Shown here piece after piece: positions 1 to 10,167 of a stretch of DNA of 64,000 nucleotides. The DNA comes from Thecamonas trahens ATCC 50062 (lineage: Eukaryota > Protista > Apusomonadida). The stretch spans positions 124,001 through 188,000 of the forward strand of contig NW_013657665.1 in assembly GCF_000142905.1 (NCBI RefSeq). Direction: 5' to 3'. Under the pieces are notes generated by a model that had not been told where the DNA came from, searched no databases, and worked only from the letters and a program-made list of their open reading frames with translations. Every line of letters starts with the position of its first letter. Position 1 is the stretch's first letter. The translations under genes were made by a program, and so were the position numbers.

Positions 1-219
1 CTTGCGCTTCCCGCTCCAGCCGTCCTTGCCCTTGCCCTTGCCCTTGCCCTTGCCCTTGCCCTTGCCCTTGCCACTGCCACTGCCACTGCCACTGCCACTG
101 CCACTGCCACTGGCGTCCTTTGCCGCCTTGCTGGTCTTCTTGGTCTTGGTCTTCTTGGTCTTCTTGGTCTTCTTGGTCTTGGTCCTCACCCGCTGCTTCT
201 TCTTGGAGCCCTTTGCCAT
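1..219 (-). CDS. 5' part of a gene with a Lys-rich low-complexity N-terminus; runs off the window edge
   Basis: ATG at 219 opens MAKGSKKKQRVRTKTKKTKK...(SG)n(KG)n...WSGKRK with no stop before position 1. AAG/GGC codon usage matches other genes. Absent from the ORF track because it has no stop in the window. Confidence 0.7.
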   Translation of the reverse strand, partial: MAKGSKKKQRVRTKTKKTKKTKKTKTKKTSKAAKDASGSGSGSGSGSGSGKGKGKGKGKGKGKGKDGWSGKRK

Positions 220-434
220 GCTGCCTCTGTCTACCAAGTCTCAAACTACGGGTAGTGCAATGCCCGACCTGGGTGCAGTCGAGTGGTGCAATGTGAGCGG
301 TATGTGTCTGTCACCACCTCCTCCCCCCCCTCCCCCCTCCCCTCCCCCCCCCCCCCCCCCCCCCCCTCCTCCAGTGGTCCTCTCCGCCTGTTCCTACCGA
401 ATTCCCGCAACGGCCGATTAGGGTGAAGCACATC

Positions 435-775
435 GAACAAACGAACAAACAATCAAACAATCAAACAAACAAACGATAATCATCAGTCACCAATGAACAA
501 ACAAAAACACAAACGACCGAACGAATGACAGAACGAACGAACGAACGAACGAACGAACGAACGAATGAACGAACGAAACGAACGAACAAACGAACGAACG
601 AAACGAACGAACGAATGAATGAACGAACGAACGAACGAAACGAACGAACGAATGAATGAACGAATGAACGAACGAAACGAACGAACGAAACGAACGAACG
701 ACCGAACGAACGAACGAACGAACGAACGAACGAACGAACGAACGAACGAACGAACGAACGAATGAATGAACGAAC
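435..775. repeat. (AACG)n tetranucleotide microsatellite with AATG/AAAC variants
   Basis: Direct reading; explains the spurious SFVR-repeat ORFs. Confidence 0.95.
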
Positions 776-805
776 ATGCGATTACACGACAGAAAGCCCG
801 CATGT

Positions 806-934
806 GGGCCAGACGGGGATGGGCCAGACAGGGGTGGGCCAGACGGGGGTGGGCCAGACGGGAATGGGCCAGACAGGGGTGGGCCAGACGGGGGTGGGCC
901 AGACGGGGATGGGCCAGACGGGGATGGGCCAGAC
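806..934. repeat. 15-bp minisatellite GGGCCAGAC(G/A)GG(G/A)(A/G)T, about 8.6 copies
   Basis: Units start at 806, 821, 836, 851, 866, 881, 896, 911 and 926. Confidence 0.95.
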
Positions 935-1144
935 ATAGGCCACACACACTCACAAACAAAAATGCATCAAACAACGGCAAAGTCCTTTGTGTTGCTCCCT
1001 TGAGCTGATGTCCGAGCCAGGATCGCACTCTGAATCGTTCACATCGTCCCGGCAGCCACCAAACCGCTCATGGTGCACGCCAGCTACGGCGAGCGCAAGA
1101 CGGAAAGCGCCACACTGCACTCACCCGTCACTCATCAAGGGAGC

Positions 1145-2020
1145 ATGTGGGCAACACGGATGGCGGTTCGGATGCAGGTCGGCCGACAGTGGGCAAGCAC
1201 GGCAGCAAGCCCGCTCCCAGAGGGCGCCGGAAAGGTCGCTCTGGTCACAGGCGCGTCGTCGGGCATTGGCCTCGGTGCCGCGGAGGCACTTGCCACCGCA
1301 GGCTACTCGGTCGGCATGATCGCACCCGAGGCTCGGGACGGAAGCCATGTGCAGGCCGTCGCTAGCGTCAAGGCTGCGGCCGAGGAGGCGGGTGCCGGCG
1401 GGAACGTGGTCTTTGTCCCGGCTTGGCTCGGCGAGTCCGAGGCTGCTGTCGAGGCTGTCGCCACCATCACGGCCGAGTTGGGAAACGTCTCAGTCCTCGT
1501 CAACAACGCTGGCATCCAGCATGTGGCTCCAGTCCACGAGTTCTCCGATGAGATGTGGAACAAGGTGCTGGCGGTCAACCTCTCGGCTCCGTTCCACATG
1601 ACCCGCGCTGTCCTGCCGGACATGATCGACGCCGAGCACGGCCGTATTATCAACGTTGCCTCGGCGCATGCCCTTGTCGCCTCGCCGTACAAGTCAGCGT
1701 ATGTCGCCACCAAGCACGGCCTGCTAGGCTTTACCAAGTCGGTCGCTCTTGAGGTCGCCGACAAGGGCATCACCGTCAACGCTGTCTGCCCGGGCTACGT
1801 CCTCACCCCGCTCGTCGAGAAGCAGATCCCGGACACTGCCAAGGCCCGCGGCATCTCCGAAGAAGAAGTCGTCCGCGACGTCATCCTTGCCGCACAACCG
1901 TCCAAGAAGTTTGTCTCCATCGACGAAGTCGTCTCCATGATCATGTACCTCGCCTCCAGCGCTGCTCGCTCCGTCACCGGCACCTCGCTGACCATTGACG
2001 GCGGGTGGACCGCCCGGTAG
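1145..2020 (+). CDS. D-3-hydroxybutyrate dehydrogenase (classical SDR, bacterial BdhA-like) with a probable mitochondrial presequence
   Basis: TGASSGIG, NNAGIQHVAP, SAH, YVATKHG, CPGYVLTPLV and C-terminal DGGWTAR motifs. Start chosen at MWATRMAVRMQ (Arg-rich, no acidic residues). Confidence 0.88.
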   Translation: MWATRMAVRMQVGRQWASTAASPLPEGAGKVALVTGASSGIGLGAAEALATAGYSVGMIAPEARDGSHVQAVASVKAAAEEAGAGGNVVFVPAWLGESEAAVEAVATITAELGNVSVLVNNAGIQHVAPVHEFSDEMWNKVLAVNLSAPFHMTRAVLPDMIDAEHGRIINVASAHALVASPYKSAYVATKHGLLGFTKSVALEVADKGITVNAVCPGYVLTPLVEKQIPDTAKARGISEEEVVRDVILAAQPSKKFVSIDEVVSMIMYLASSAARSVTGTSLTIDGGWTAR

Positions 2021-2081
2021 CCGATGCACCACACGCTGTAGCCACTCCTCTTGAAAAATTCGTGCGTGTTACTCTGCTTAC

Positions 2082-4271
2082 TCACACCGGCATGTTGAGC
2101 GCGGTCAGACAGTCCCGCACCCGCTCGAGCCGCTGCTCCAGCTGCCGCCGCCGCATCACCGTCGACGCTGACTCGTAGAACACCTGCTGCCACTCGGCTG
2201 CGCTAATCAGATCGGCTTCGGGCCGCTGCAGCGCCCTCGTCAGCCGCTCCAGCAGGTTTTTGATCACGATCTTGGCCGTCGTGTCCACGATTGTCCGCGA
2301 TGCAACACCCTGGTATGCGTCGAGGCCGTTGTGGATGGTGATCGCCTCGTAGTCTTCCCGCGACAGGTCCCGCAGGTACCAGTGGTTCTGGACAAGCAAC
2401 CGCAAGGCATCCTCCGCGATGACAAGGTTGCCATTTTCGTCGCAGCGGTAGTTCTCGATCGCATTTTCAAACGGCGCCAGGCTCTTCTCCATAAACTGGT
2501 GGAGGAGCAAGTCGTTGAGCGTGTGCGGCGACCGCTCCTGAACAAAGAGCTCTTCGAGCTCGTGGACGGCCTCATCGATGTACTTGGTTACCACAGTCTC
2601 GACCACGCCCTTGACCACCCCACCAAGCGCCGGGAAGCGGTCAAATAGGATGCTGTGCTTGGCGATGGTCTGCTTGACCACCTCGCGCAACAGGTTGCGG
2701 ATGCCGGCAAACACCAGCTCAGCGTGCTCGTTCACCACGCAGCGCCACGACACAAGCCGCTCCACAAAGATCGACCGGAAGATCTCAAACGGCACGAAAA
2801 GGCCAGCAAGCGAGTCGTCGCGCGAGTAGTTGATTCGCTCCACAAGCTCCGCCCGCAACGCCGCCGCGGCCGCAGCCTCGCGTGCTGCATCTTCTTCTCC
2901 ATCCTTTCCCGAGCAGAACATCAGATCGCGATCGATGCTCTTCACGCTGGCCGCCACAGCCATTTTGGTCTTGAAAGTCGCGTTCTCGGCCTCGAGCCAT
3001 GCCCGCAGTCGCCACCCAAACCGCATCTCCAGTGCGGCTAGCCTGTCATCAGCGAGATGCAACACGTCGGACGAGCCCGCGCCGTCATCCGTCTCGTCGG
3101 CAGCGATCTTGCCAAGGATGAGCGGCTTGACCACCCTGGCGTCGGCAAACTTGCCGCGCTGGACCGCCTCAAAGTCGCCCGCGATGTCGTCAAAGATTTC
3201 TTGCATGCACTGCATCTGCTCCTGGACAGACTCAATTTTGGTGCCGAGAGCATCCACGGCCGCCTCCAGCTTCCTCCGCTCGGCCTCAAACGACTCACGC
3301 ACGTCCGGCAACACCTTCCGGATATGCGCCTCCTGCAGGTTCGCCAGCCGCTTCTTGAGCCTTGACGTCCCAAAAGCCGACTTCATAGTGGATTGGAGTG
3401 AGGCCCATGGTTCGGTGGTCGCGAAGAACAGGCTCTCTTGGTCGAGGCTCGCGGAAAGAGTGACGCCGCCCATGACGTCGGCTTCGGACCGGCACTTGAC
3501 GAGCGTGTAGCCGCGCATGAGATTGTACTTGTCCGACTTGCCGCAGAGAATGGACCGCAGTTCGCCAGTCTCCGAAGAAGAGACCTTGTCGGCCTTGCTG
3601 ATCACCCCAAGCGTCCGCGCCTGGTTTGGATCGTGCTTTTTGGCCAGCTCGAGAATAGCCCAGTTGGCCGGATCCTCCGACGCCGACGCCACAGCCAGAA
3701 TGATCGTCCGGGACTGCTGCATGAATCGCTCCGACATGTTGCGAATGGCCGCCTGGTCCGCGTCGGAAATCCCGGTCGAGACCAGCCCAGGCACGTCGAT
3801 CATGGTAAGCGTCACGCAGCCCGGCGAGGTCACGTGAATGTGGATCTCGACATCAGCATACATCGTCATGCTGCGCCCGGAATAGGCTTCGGCAATCTGC
3901 TCCGTAGCTTCCGTGATGCGCTCCTTTGCCGTGTCAAGACTGGTCGTCTGCGTGCCAAACGACTCGACAAGCTCCGCAACGTTGTCGTCAGGCGTGTCGC
4001 CGACCGCAAACAGCTTGACCGTGCAGCGCTCCTCAGGCCCTGGCCGGAGGACAACCTGCGTCACACACCGCGTGGTCGTCGATGAGCCCGATGGGAACTC
4101 GATGGACGACAGCGCCGCAAGGACCGACGACTTACCGGCAGACTGCTGACCAAAAACGCCAATCTGCGGCAGCTCACTGCGCATGCTCTCCGGCGCAAGA
4201 TCACGGAGTTCATCCATGAGATCAGTCGCCCTCTTGGTCTTCTCCGACACGAGTCCGTTCACAGCGGCCAT
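2082..4271 (-). CDS. Dynamin-superfamily GTPase, Mx-like
   Basis: LPQIGVFGQQSAGKSS (G1), TTTRC (G2), DVPG (G3), SKADKV (G4), Mx-like GYTLVKCRS, then helical stalk/GED; no PH or proline-rich domain. Confidence 0.85.
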   Translation of the reverse strand: MAAVNGLVSEKTKRATDLMDELRDLAPESMRSELPQIGVFGQQSAGKSSVLAALSSIEFPSGSSTTTRCVTQVVLRPGPEERCTVKLFAVGDTPDDNVAELVESFGTQTTSLDTAKERITEATEQIAEAYSGRSMTMYADVEIHIHVTSPGCVTLTMIDVPGLVSTGISDADQAAIRNMSERFMQQSRTIILAVASASEDPANWAILELAKKHDPNQARTLGVISKADKVSSSETGELRSILCGKSDKYNLMRGYTLVKCRSEADVMGGVTLSASLDQESLFFATTEPWASLQSTMKSAFGTSRLKKRLANLQEAHIRKVLPDVRESFEAERRKLEAAVDALGTKIESVQEQMQCMQEIFDDIAGDFEAVQRGKFADARVVKPLILGKIAADETDDGAGSSDVLHLADDRLAALEMRFGWRLRAWLEAENATFKTKMAVAASVKSIDRDLMFCSGKDGEEDAAREAAAAAALRAELVERINYSRDDSLAGLFVPFEIFRSIFVERLVSWRCVVNEHAELVFAGIRNLLREVVKQTIAKHSILFDRFPALGGVVKGVVETVVTKYIDEAVHELEELFVQERSPHTLNDLLLHQFMEKSLAPFENAIENYRCDENGNLVIAEDALRLLVQNHWYLRDLSREDYEAITIHNGLDAYQGVASRTIVDTTAKIVIKNLLERLTRALQRPEADLISAAEWQQVFYESASTVMRRRQLEQRLERVRDCLTALNMPV

Positions 4272-4395
4272 TTTGCACGGTGCAGGTTAGTCTGTTTCTA
4301 CTCCCGCCACCCGCCGGAGTCAAGGCCTTACTGCCCTCACCTTTTGTGGCCGCCAGCTCGCAGTATCTGCCCTCGGTTGCCGCTCACTTTTGCCC

Positions 4396-5525
4396 TCAGT
4401 TTCGGCTGCCAGACGCCGGGAACGCCGGCAATTTGGCCTGCAGCTCAACAAGGGCGTCAACAACATCGTGGACGCGGTCTTTCTGGATGTTGTGTCCACC
4501 CGAGTCCAGCTCGCGGACAACCTCGGGCTCGAGATTGGCGACAATGTCATGGAAGATCTCCGGCTCAATGAGCTTGTCGTCGGTGGCGTAGCAGACTGCG
4601 AGCGGACAGGGAACAGCCGCGCCGAGGGCCTTGTGGCGGTCAAAGTCGAGGTGCGCCACGTACTTCATGGCCGTCACACACTCGTACGCCGTCGTCCGGT
4701 GGAAGCCAAAGGCTTTGAACCCCTTCCAGATCTGGTCCCGGAACGGCCAGTAGTCGAGCACAAACGGCAGGTGGCGGCCGAGCCAAAACACAGCCTCGGG
4801 TGACGCCCGCAGGCCGCGGTGCTTGCGGTAGCCAACTGGCGCAAGAAGGACGCCGCCCACACGCAGGCCGGCAGGCGGCGTGACGAGATTGAGCGCAGCC
4901 GTCGCAAGGACAGAGCCGAACGAGTGTCCCACCAGCATGAGAGGCACGTCGTGACTCGCCATCTCGTCCAGCAGCCGTGCACCCTGCGGCGAGGCGCTGC
5001 CGAGCGATGATGCCGGGAGGCCGGCGACGTTGTCGAGCAGCCGCTGCGCCACAACGTCGTTGATGTTGAGGCCCGACGATGCCGGCGGCGGCGAGAGGCG
5101 CGGCGTCCCGTTGAAGCCCGGCACAATGAGCCGGATCATGGCCATATTCTTCTCCGTCAACAGCGGACCCATGTACCGATAGTCCTGGCTATTGCCCGGA
5201 AAGCCGTGAATGGCCACAACCACGCCGTCGAGTTCGGCCACGGTCTCCACCCCTCGGGCATCTCCACAGTCAACCGGGCGTCCGGGATCGCCAACCCCAG
5301 CACAGCACCATCAACCTCAGGCGGATCGCTCTTGGACAACAACACTTCCTCTCCCCCCTTTCCGCCTCCGCTCGACGCCGTACCACGCGCTCCTGCAGCT
5401 CCGTCAATCGACCTGCTCGACACAGACCGCAACCAGCGCGTCATGCCCGCCCACCCCGCCGCACCGCCCACAGTCGCCGACATACCGCTGCTGACAGACA
5501 TCACCATCCGCGTAAACCGGAACAT
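4396..5525 (-). CDS. Alpha/beta-fold hydrolase (esterase/lipase-like); 5' part joined by an intron (5383..5262) or a 1-nt frameshift near 5250
   Basis: HGFPG oxyanion motif, GHSFG nucleophile, DDKL acid and GGH His in ORF 4396..5250, which lacks an in-frame ATG upstream of the HGFPG motif. The upstream ATG frame at 5525 looks like a presequence. Confidence 0.8.
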
Positions 5526-5816
5526 GACGAGACCGTTGTCTGAATATCCTCTGTCACCGCCTCTCTCTCTCTCTCTGTCTGTCTGTCTGTCTTTCTATCT
5601 GCTGGTCTGCAGAAGAGTGTGCCGCTCTCACTCCAGCTCTCTCTGCCAGTCCCAGGAGACCGCCACTACCGTGGTACCCCCAGTTTGCCATCAGAAGCCT
5701 TTGTGGAGTGAAGCAGAGTACTTCGCTTCCGGGCAGAGACGGAAGCGATAGCAGGTCACGCACGGATGCGATGAATCTATGTGTGTAATGGAAGATGGTG
5801 ACGATGCGTGTGCATA

Positions 5817-6654
5817 TCATAGACTTTGAGTGTCCACGGACCGGCCAAATCGTATGGGCTTCCTTCAGGTCGGGAACCCTTCCGGCCGCACGCATGATGC
5901 GCTTGGACTTGGGGCCTGACCTTGGGTAAAAGTCAGGACACGGATCGGGCCGGCGTGAGCGCGAGCCAGGCCGAGTAGGGGTCATCCGCCACCCTGCAGG
6001 GGTGCAGGGGCTAGTTATCCAGCACGGGAGAGCGTCTCCCTCCTGCCTTGGGACAGTTGGGTCGGATCGCGTGGGGAGGGGTCGCGGGGGGAGGGGGGGG
6101 GAGAGTTGGGCGTTGCGGTATGGCATTGACAATATGGACGAGACACAGCAGAGCCGTTGCGAGCTCCTGTGTTCCAGATCACGTGCTGGAGTTTTGTTGC
6201 AGGGAGTATAGCAGAAAGGCACCATACAGGTGACTGCAGGGAGCCATATGATATTGCGCGCCGGTCCCAAGCAGTGCGAAAACCACTGATCTCACAGCAG
6301 CGAGAAGACAACCGCCTCAGAACACATCCGCAAGTGATACAACCGTACAACTTGTTGGGTGTTCAACATCGACTGCAGCATACTCTGGTCACTTGGAATC
6401 CATCACTGAGGCGTCGACGACCGACACTCCGTCTCATCGCACCCTCCAAGAGGCCATCCTCTGTCCTGGTTGCAGCTCAGGACCACCGAGCATCCCGCGG
6501 CCCACCAGGGAGAGACTGGCAATGTGGATGATAATGCCGACAACATGTGACGACACTGGTTGCCGTCGGCGGACCGACGGCAGGATGGACACACATCCCA
6601 TGAAGGGTTAGGAGGATCGGCGTGAGCAGGGCGCATGCGCCCTCGCCCCACTAG
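5817..6654 (+). mobile_element. Non-autonomous Helitron-like element, copy 1 (apparently complete)
   Basis: 5820..6592 is nearly identical to 36841..37649. Begins A|TC at 5816/5817. Ends with the palindrome AGGGCGCATGCGCCCT (6628..6643), 7 nt, then CTAG|T (6651..6655). No target-site duplication and no recognisable coding capacity. Confidence 0.6.
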
Positions 6655-7200
6655 TCCGTCCACACCTCGCAGCATCGTTTAGGCACAGACCCCTGACCGC
6701 AACCATCAGGCGCGCAACAAACGGTAGGTGCACCTCGCGTCGGCTGGACGAGCCGCAGCCTCGTTGATGCTGTTTCAGTCTGTTTGGACCATTGCAGGCG
6801 GGTGTAGGTGTGTCGATCACATATGTAGCTGTTTGGTCGTATCAGGGCATGTACGTCTAGTTTGGATGTCACAATCGCTGAAGAGACCGATTGCGACAAC
6901 GGCATCCAGCCCGTGCGAAACGAGTTGGACCCGTGATGATCATGTGCCAAGACTACGCCGAGGCTCCCTGAAGCAGTCTCGATGACCAGTTCCCCATTGA
7001 CCTCTTCTGCTCCGCTTCTGCCTGTCACTTTCGTCACCACGCCATCCATACCACGATCCAATCCGATCTCACCTCCAAGTCTCTCCGTCGAGTTGCGGCA
7101 CGAGTCAGGCGCCGCCGTTTGCCAAAACGTCAGCGCCTGGACACGGACCACGCGCACATCGCCCACACTTGCCACACGTCACCTGCCAGAACGAGACGAC

Positions 7201-9795
7201 ATGCTGCGGGCAGGACGGATGGCGCAGAAACTGAGGTGGCGACATGGGCGAGGGTTGTTGGACAGAGCTTGTCACAGGGCTACCATGGCGGCGGTGGCGG
7301 CAAGTGGTGGTCTCGCGGGAGGCGTGCCGAGTCAGGCCGAGGTGGTGGTGGTGGGTGGCGGGGTGATTGGGACCTCGATCACGTACCATCTGGCCAAGCG
7401 CGGTGTTGATGTAGTGCTTCTGGAGCAAGGCTCGCTGACGGCAGGGACGACGTGGCATGCTGCGGGGCTGATGGCTACCTTTGGCTCGCTCTCGGAGACC
7501 TCCACCGAGCTCCGCAAGTACTCGAAGCACCTGTACGCCGACGTGCTCGAGGCTGAGACAGGCCTGGCCACCGGCTTTGATCCGGTCGGCTTTGTCGAGC
7601 TTGCTACTGCGCCCGATCGCGTCGAAGAGTACCGCCGCGTGGCGGCCTTCAACCGCAAGTGCGGCATCGACGTCCAGGAGATCTCGGCCGCAGACGTCGC
7701 CGAGCTCTTTCCTCTCTGTGCTGTCGACGACGTCTACGCCGGCTTCTACGTTCCCACCGACGGGCGAGTCAATCCGACCGACGTGACCATGGCGCTGGCC
7801 AAGGGCGCCCGGCTGGCCGGGGCGACCATCCACGAGGGTGTGGCCGTCGACCACGTTGCTGTCGTCGGCCGCCGCGTGACCGGCGTCGTCACCGCCGATG
7901 GCTCCCACATCGCATGCGACAAGGTGGTCAATGCCACAGGTATGTGGGCCCGCCAGTTTGGCGCAGCCGCTGGTGTCAACATTCCCAACCAGGCCGCCGA
8001 GCACTATTACCTCATCACCGACGACCTGCCGGAGCTCGACCGCAAGTGTCCGGTCATCGAGGACCCGGAGAACTACTGCTACATTCGACCCGAGGGCGAG
8101 GGCCTCATGATTGGCCTGTTTGAGGGTGAGGCTGCCGCGTGGGCAGTCGACGGCATTCCGCGCGACTTTACCTTTGGCGAGATCGAGCCCGACTGGGAGC
8201 GGATGACACCGTACTTGGAAAGGGCGATGGCGAGGGTCCCGGCCTCACTCAACGTTGGCGTCAAGAAGTTTTTCTGCGGGCCCGAGTCCTTTACGCCCGA
8301 CCTTGCGCCGCTTGTCGGCCCCGCGCCCGAGCTTGATGGCTACTGGGTCGCGGCCGGCCTTAACTCGATCGGCATCATCACCGGTGGCGGACTTGGTCAT
8401 CTTGTCGCCGAGTGGATGACAGAGGGCTACTCTTCATACGACGTGACTGGCATCAACGTTGATCGGCTGCACCCGTACCAGGCCACACCGGCGTATCGCG
8501 CCGCACGCGTCGTCGAGTCGCTCGGTCTGGTTTACAAGACGCACTACCCGACTCGGCCGTCGTCATCCGCGCGTGGTGTCAAGCGTTCGCCGCTTCATGC
8601 CGCGCTTGCGGATCGCGGCGCATGCTTCCGCGACGTGTCCGGCTGGGAGGGTGCTGACTGGTATGCGCCGCAGGACGGGTCCAAGTGGACTGGCGAGCTG
8701 AGCCCCGAGCCGCTCACTTGGGGCCGGCATCACTGGTTCGCCAACTGGGCTGCCGAACACCACGCCTGCCGCAACGGCGTCGTTGCCATGGACATGTCGT
8801 TCATGTCCAAGTTCCGAGTCCAAGGCCGCGATGCTGGCGCCCAGCTCAACAGGCTCTCCACCGCCAACGTCGACGGCGCGCCTGGCGAGATCACCTATAC
8901 CCAGTGGCTCAACGACCGCGGCAAGCTCGAAGCCGATCTTACTGTGACCAAGGTAACCGACGACGATTTCATGGTTGTGGCTACCGACACGATGCACCGC
9001 CACGTGCTGGGTTGGATGCACAAGATGTTCGAGCCCGAGGCGCATGCCATTGTCACCGATGTCACCGGTGGCCTGGCGCAGATCAATGTGCAGGGCCCTG
9101 ACTCGCGCGCGCTCATGACCGACCTTACCGGCTGCGACTTTTCCAACGTTGCTTTTCCGTTCCGCGCCGTCCGCGAGATGCCGATCGGCTTTGCACTAGC
9201 GACCGTGGCGCGGATCACGTACCTCGGCGAACTCGGCTACGAGCTGTATGTCCCTGCTGAGCACGCCATGCATGTCTACGAACAGCTGGTTGAGGTCGGC
9301 GCCCGCCACGGACTCGTACACGCCGGCCTCAAGGCGCTCTCGTCGCTGCGGATGGAAAAGGGCTACCGCGACTACGGGCACGACATGGACAACACCGACT
9401 CGCTGCTCGAGGTGGGCCTCGGCTTTACCGCCGACCTCAACAAGTCGGATGGGTTTATCGGTCGCGACGAGCTCCTCGCTCAGAAGGCCATCAAGGGCAT
9501 GCCGCCGCGAAGGCTGCTCCAGATCCTCGTCGACGATCCAGAGCCGATGATGTACCACGGCGAGGTTGTCTACCGCAACGGCAAAGTCGTGGGTGACATC
9601 CGCGCTGCTTCGTACGGACACACGCTCGGCGGCGCAGTTGGCCTCTCCATGATCGAGGCCGACGAGCCCATTAATCTCCGCTACATCAACGACGCTGAGT
9701 GGGAAGTCGACATTGCCGGAATCCGCTATCCAGCGCAGGCCTCGTCGCGTCCGCTCTACGACCCGAAGAACGAGCGGATCAAGGCTGAAGACTAG
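7201..9795 (+). CDS. Dimethylglycine/sarcosine dehydrogenase family (FAD oxidoreductase plus GcvT folate-binding domains), probably mitochondrial
   Basis: GGGVIG FAD motif, GTTWHAAG (covalent-FAD His), GPESFTPD, YLGELGYELY, SLRMEKGY, PLYDPKNERIK. Start at MLRAGRMAQKLRW. Confidence 0.9.
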   Translation: MLRAGRMAQKLRWRHGRGLLDRACHRATMAAVAASGGLAGGVPSQAEVVVVGGGVIGTSITYHLAKRGVDVVLLEQGSLTAGTTWHAAGLMATFGSLSETSTELRKYSKHLYADVLEAETGLATGFDPVGFVELATAPDRVEEYRRVAAFNRKCGIDVQEISAADVAELFPLCAVDDVYAGFYVPTDGRVNPTDVTMALAKGARLAGATIHEGVAVDHVAVVGRRVTGVVTADGSHIACDKVVNATGMWARQFGAAAGVNIPNQAAEHYYLITDDLPELDRKCPVIEDPENYCYIRPEGEGLMIGLFEGEAAAWAVDGIPRDFTFGEIEPDWERMTPYLERAMARVPASLNVGVKKFFCGPESFTPDLAPLVGPAPELDGYWVAAGLNSIGIITGGGLGHLVAEWMTEGYSSYDVTGINVDRLHPYQATPAYRAARVVESLGLVYKTHYPTRPSSSARGVKRSPLHAALADRGACFRDVSGWEGADWYAPQDGSKWTGELSPEPLTWGRHHWFANWAAEHHACRNGVVAMDMSFMSKFRVQGRDAGAQLNRLSTANVDGAPGEITYTQWLNDRGKLEADLTVTKVTDDDFMVVATDTMHRHVLGWMHKMFEPEAHAIVTDVTGGLAQINVQGPDSRALMTDLTGCDFSNVAFPFRAVREMPIGFALATVARITYLGELGYELYVPAEHAMHVYEQLVEVGARHGLVHAGLKALSSLRMEKGYRDYGHDMDNTDSLLEVGLGFTADLNKSDGFIGRDELLAQKAIKGMPPRRLLQILVDDPEPMMYHGEVVYRNGKVVGDIRAASYGHTLGGAVGLSMIEADEPINLRYINDAEWEVDIAGIRYPAQASSRPLYDPKNERIKAED

Positions 9796-10134
9796 CTCGA
9801 ACCCCTTGCTGCCTGGCATGAGCCTGCTGCCCCGATCGACGCCCCAGTTATCTCCCCCGAACACACTTGATCTTTGGTTTGGATGATGATAGTCTTGGAG
9901 TCGTGGTTCTTTTGCGGCGAATCGATGATGACGTTGCAGCGGCAAGAGCCACTGCTCGTTTTGGGCCCAGGACGACCGAGTAGGCCAGGAGCAGTGTACA
10001 AGGACGAGGGGTTAGACACTCGACTGAAGGCCCTTCTACTCAGTGTTGCAAACCCATACCAAACCAAGTTCCTACCTACCCCCCCTACCTACCCCCCGTG
10101 CCGTTCTCTTCTTTGGAGAAGGAGTAGGAGTAGC

Positions 10135-10166
<32 letters not shown>

Positions 10167-10167
<1 letters not shown>

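Noticed and set aside
806-934. Possible CRISPR-like array
   Set aside because: Units are contiguous 15-mers without unique spacers, there are no cas genes, and the context is eukaryotic.
2-1028. ORFs with LP, SFVR, HPRLA and GWARR repeats
   Set aside because: These are translations of microsatellite/minisatellite DNA or the antisense of the Lys-rich gene.
5554-6675. ORFs within the dispersed element as transposase or TnpB/Fanzor remnants
   Set aside because: No recognisable HUH, DDE, RuvC or RT motifs, and reading frames are not preserved across the indel patches between the two copies.
6835-6930. Hammerhead-like CTGAAGAG...CGAAAC motifs
   Set aside because: Stems I and II cannot be paired around the core; only a simple stem-loop forms.
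6933-7000. C/D snoRNA-like boxes (GTGATGA...CTGA), and similar boxes at ~9883..10027
   Set aside because: No canonical terminal D box or stem at a suitable distance and no convincing rRNA guide; would need snoscan.
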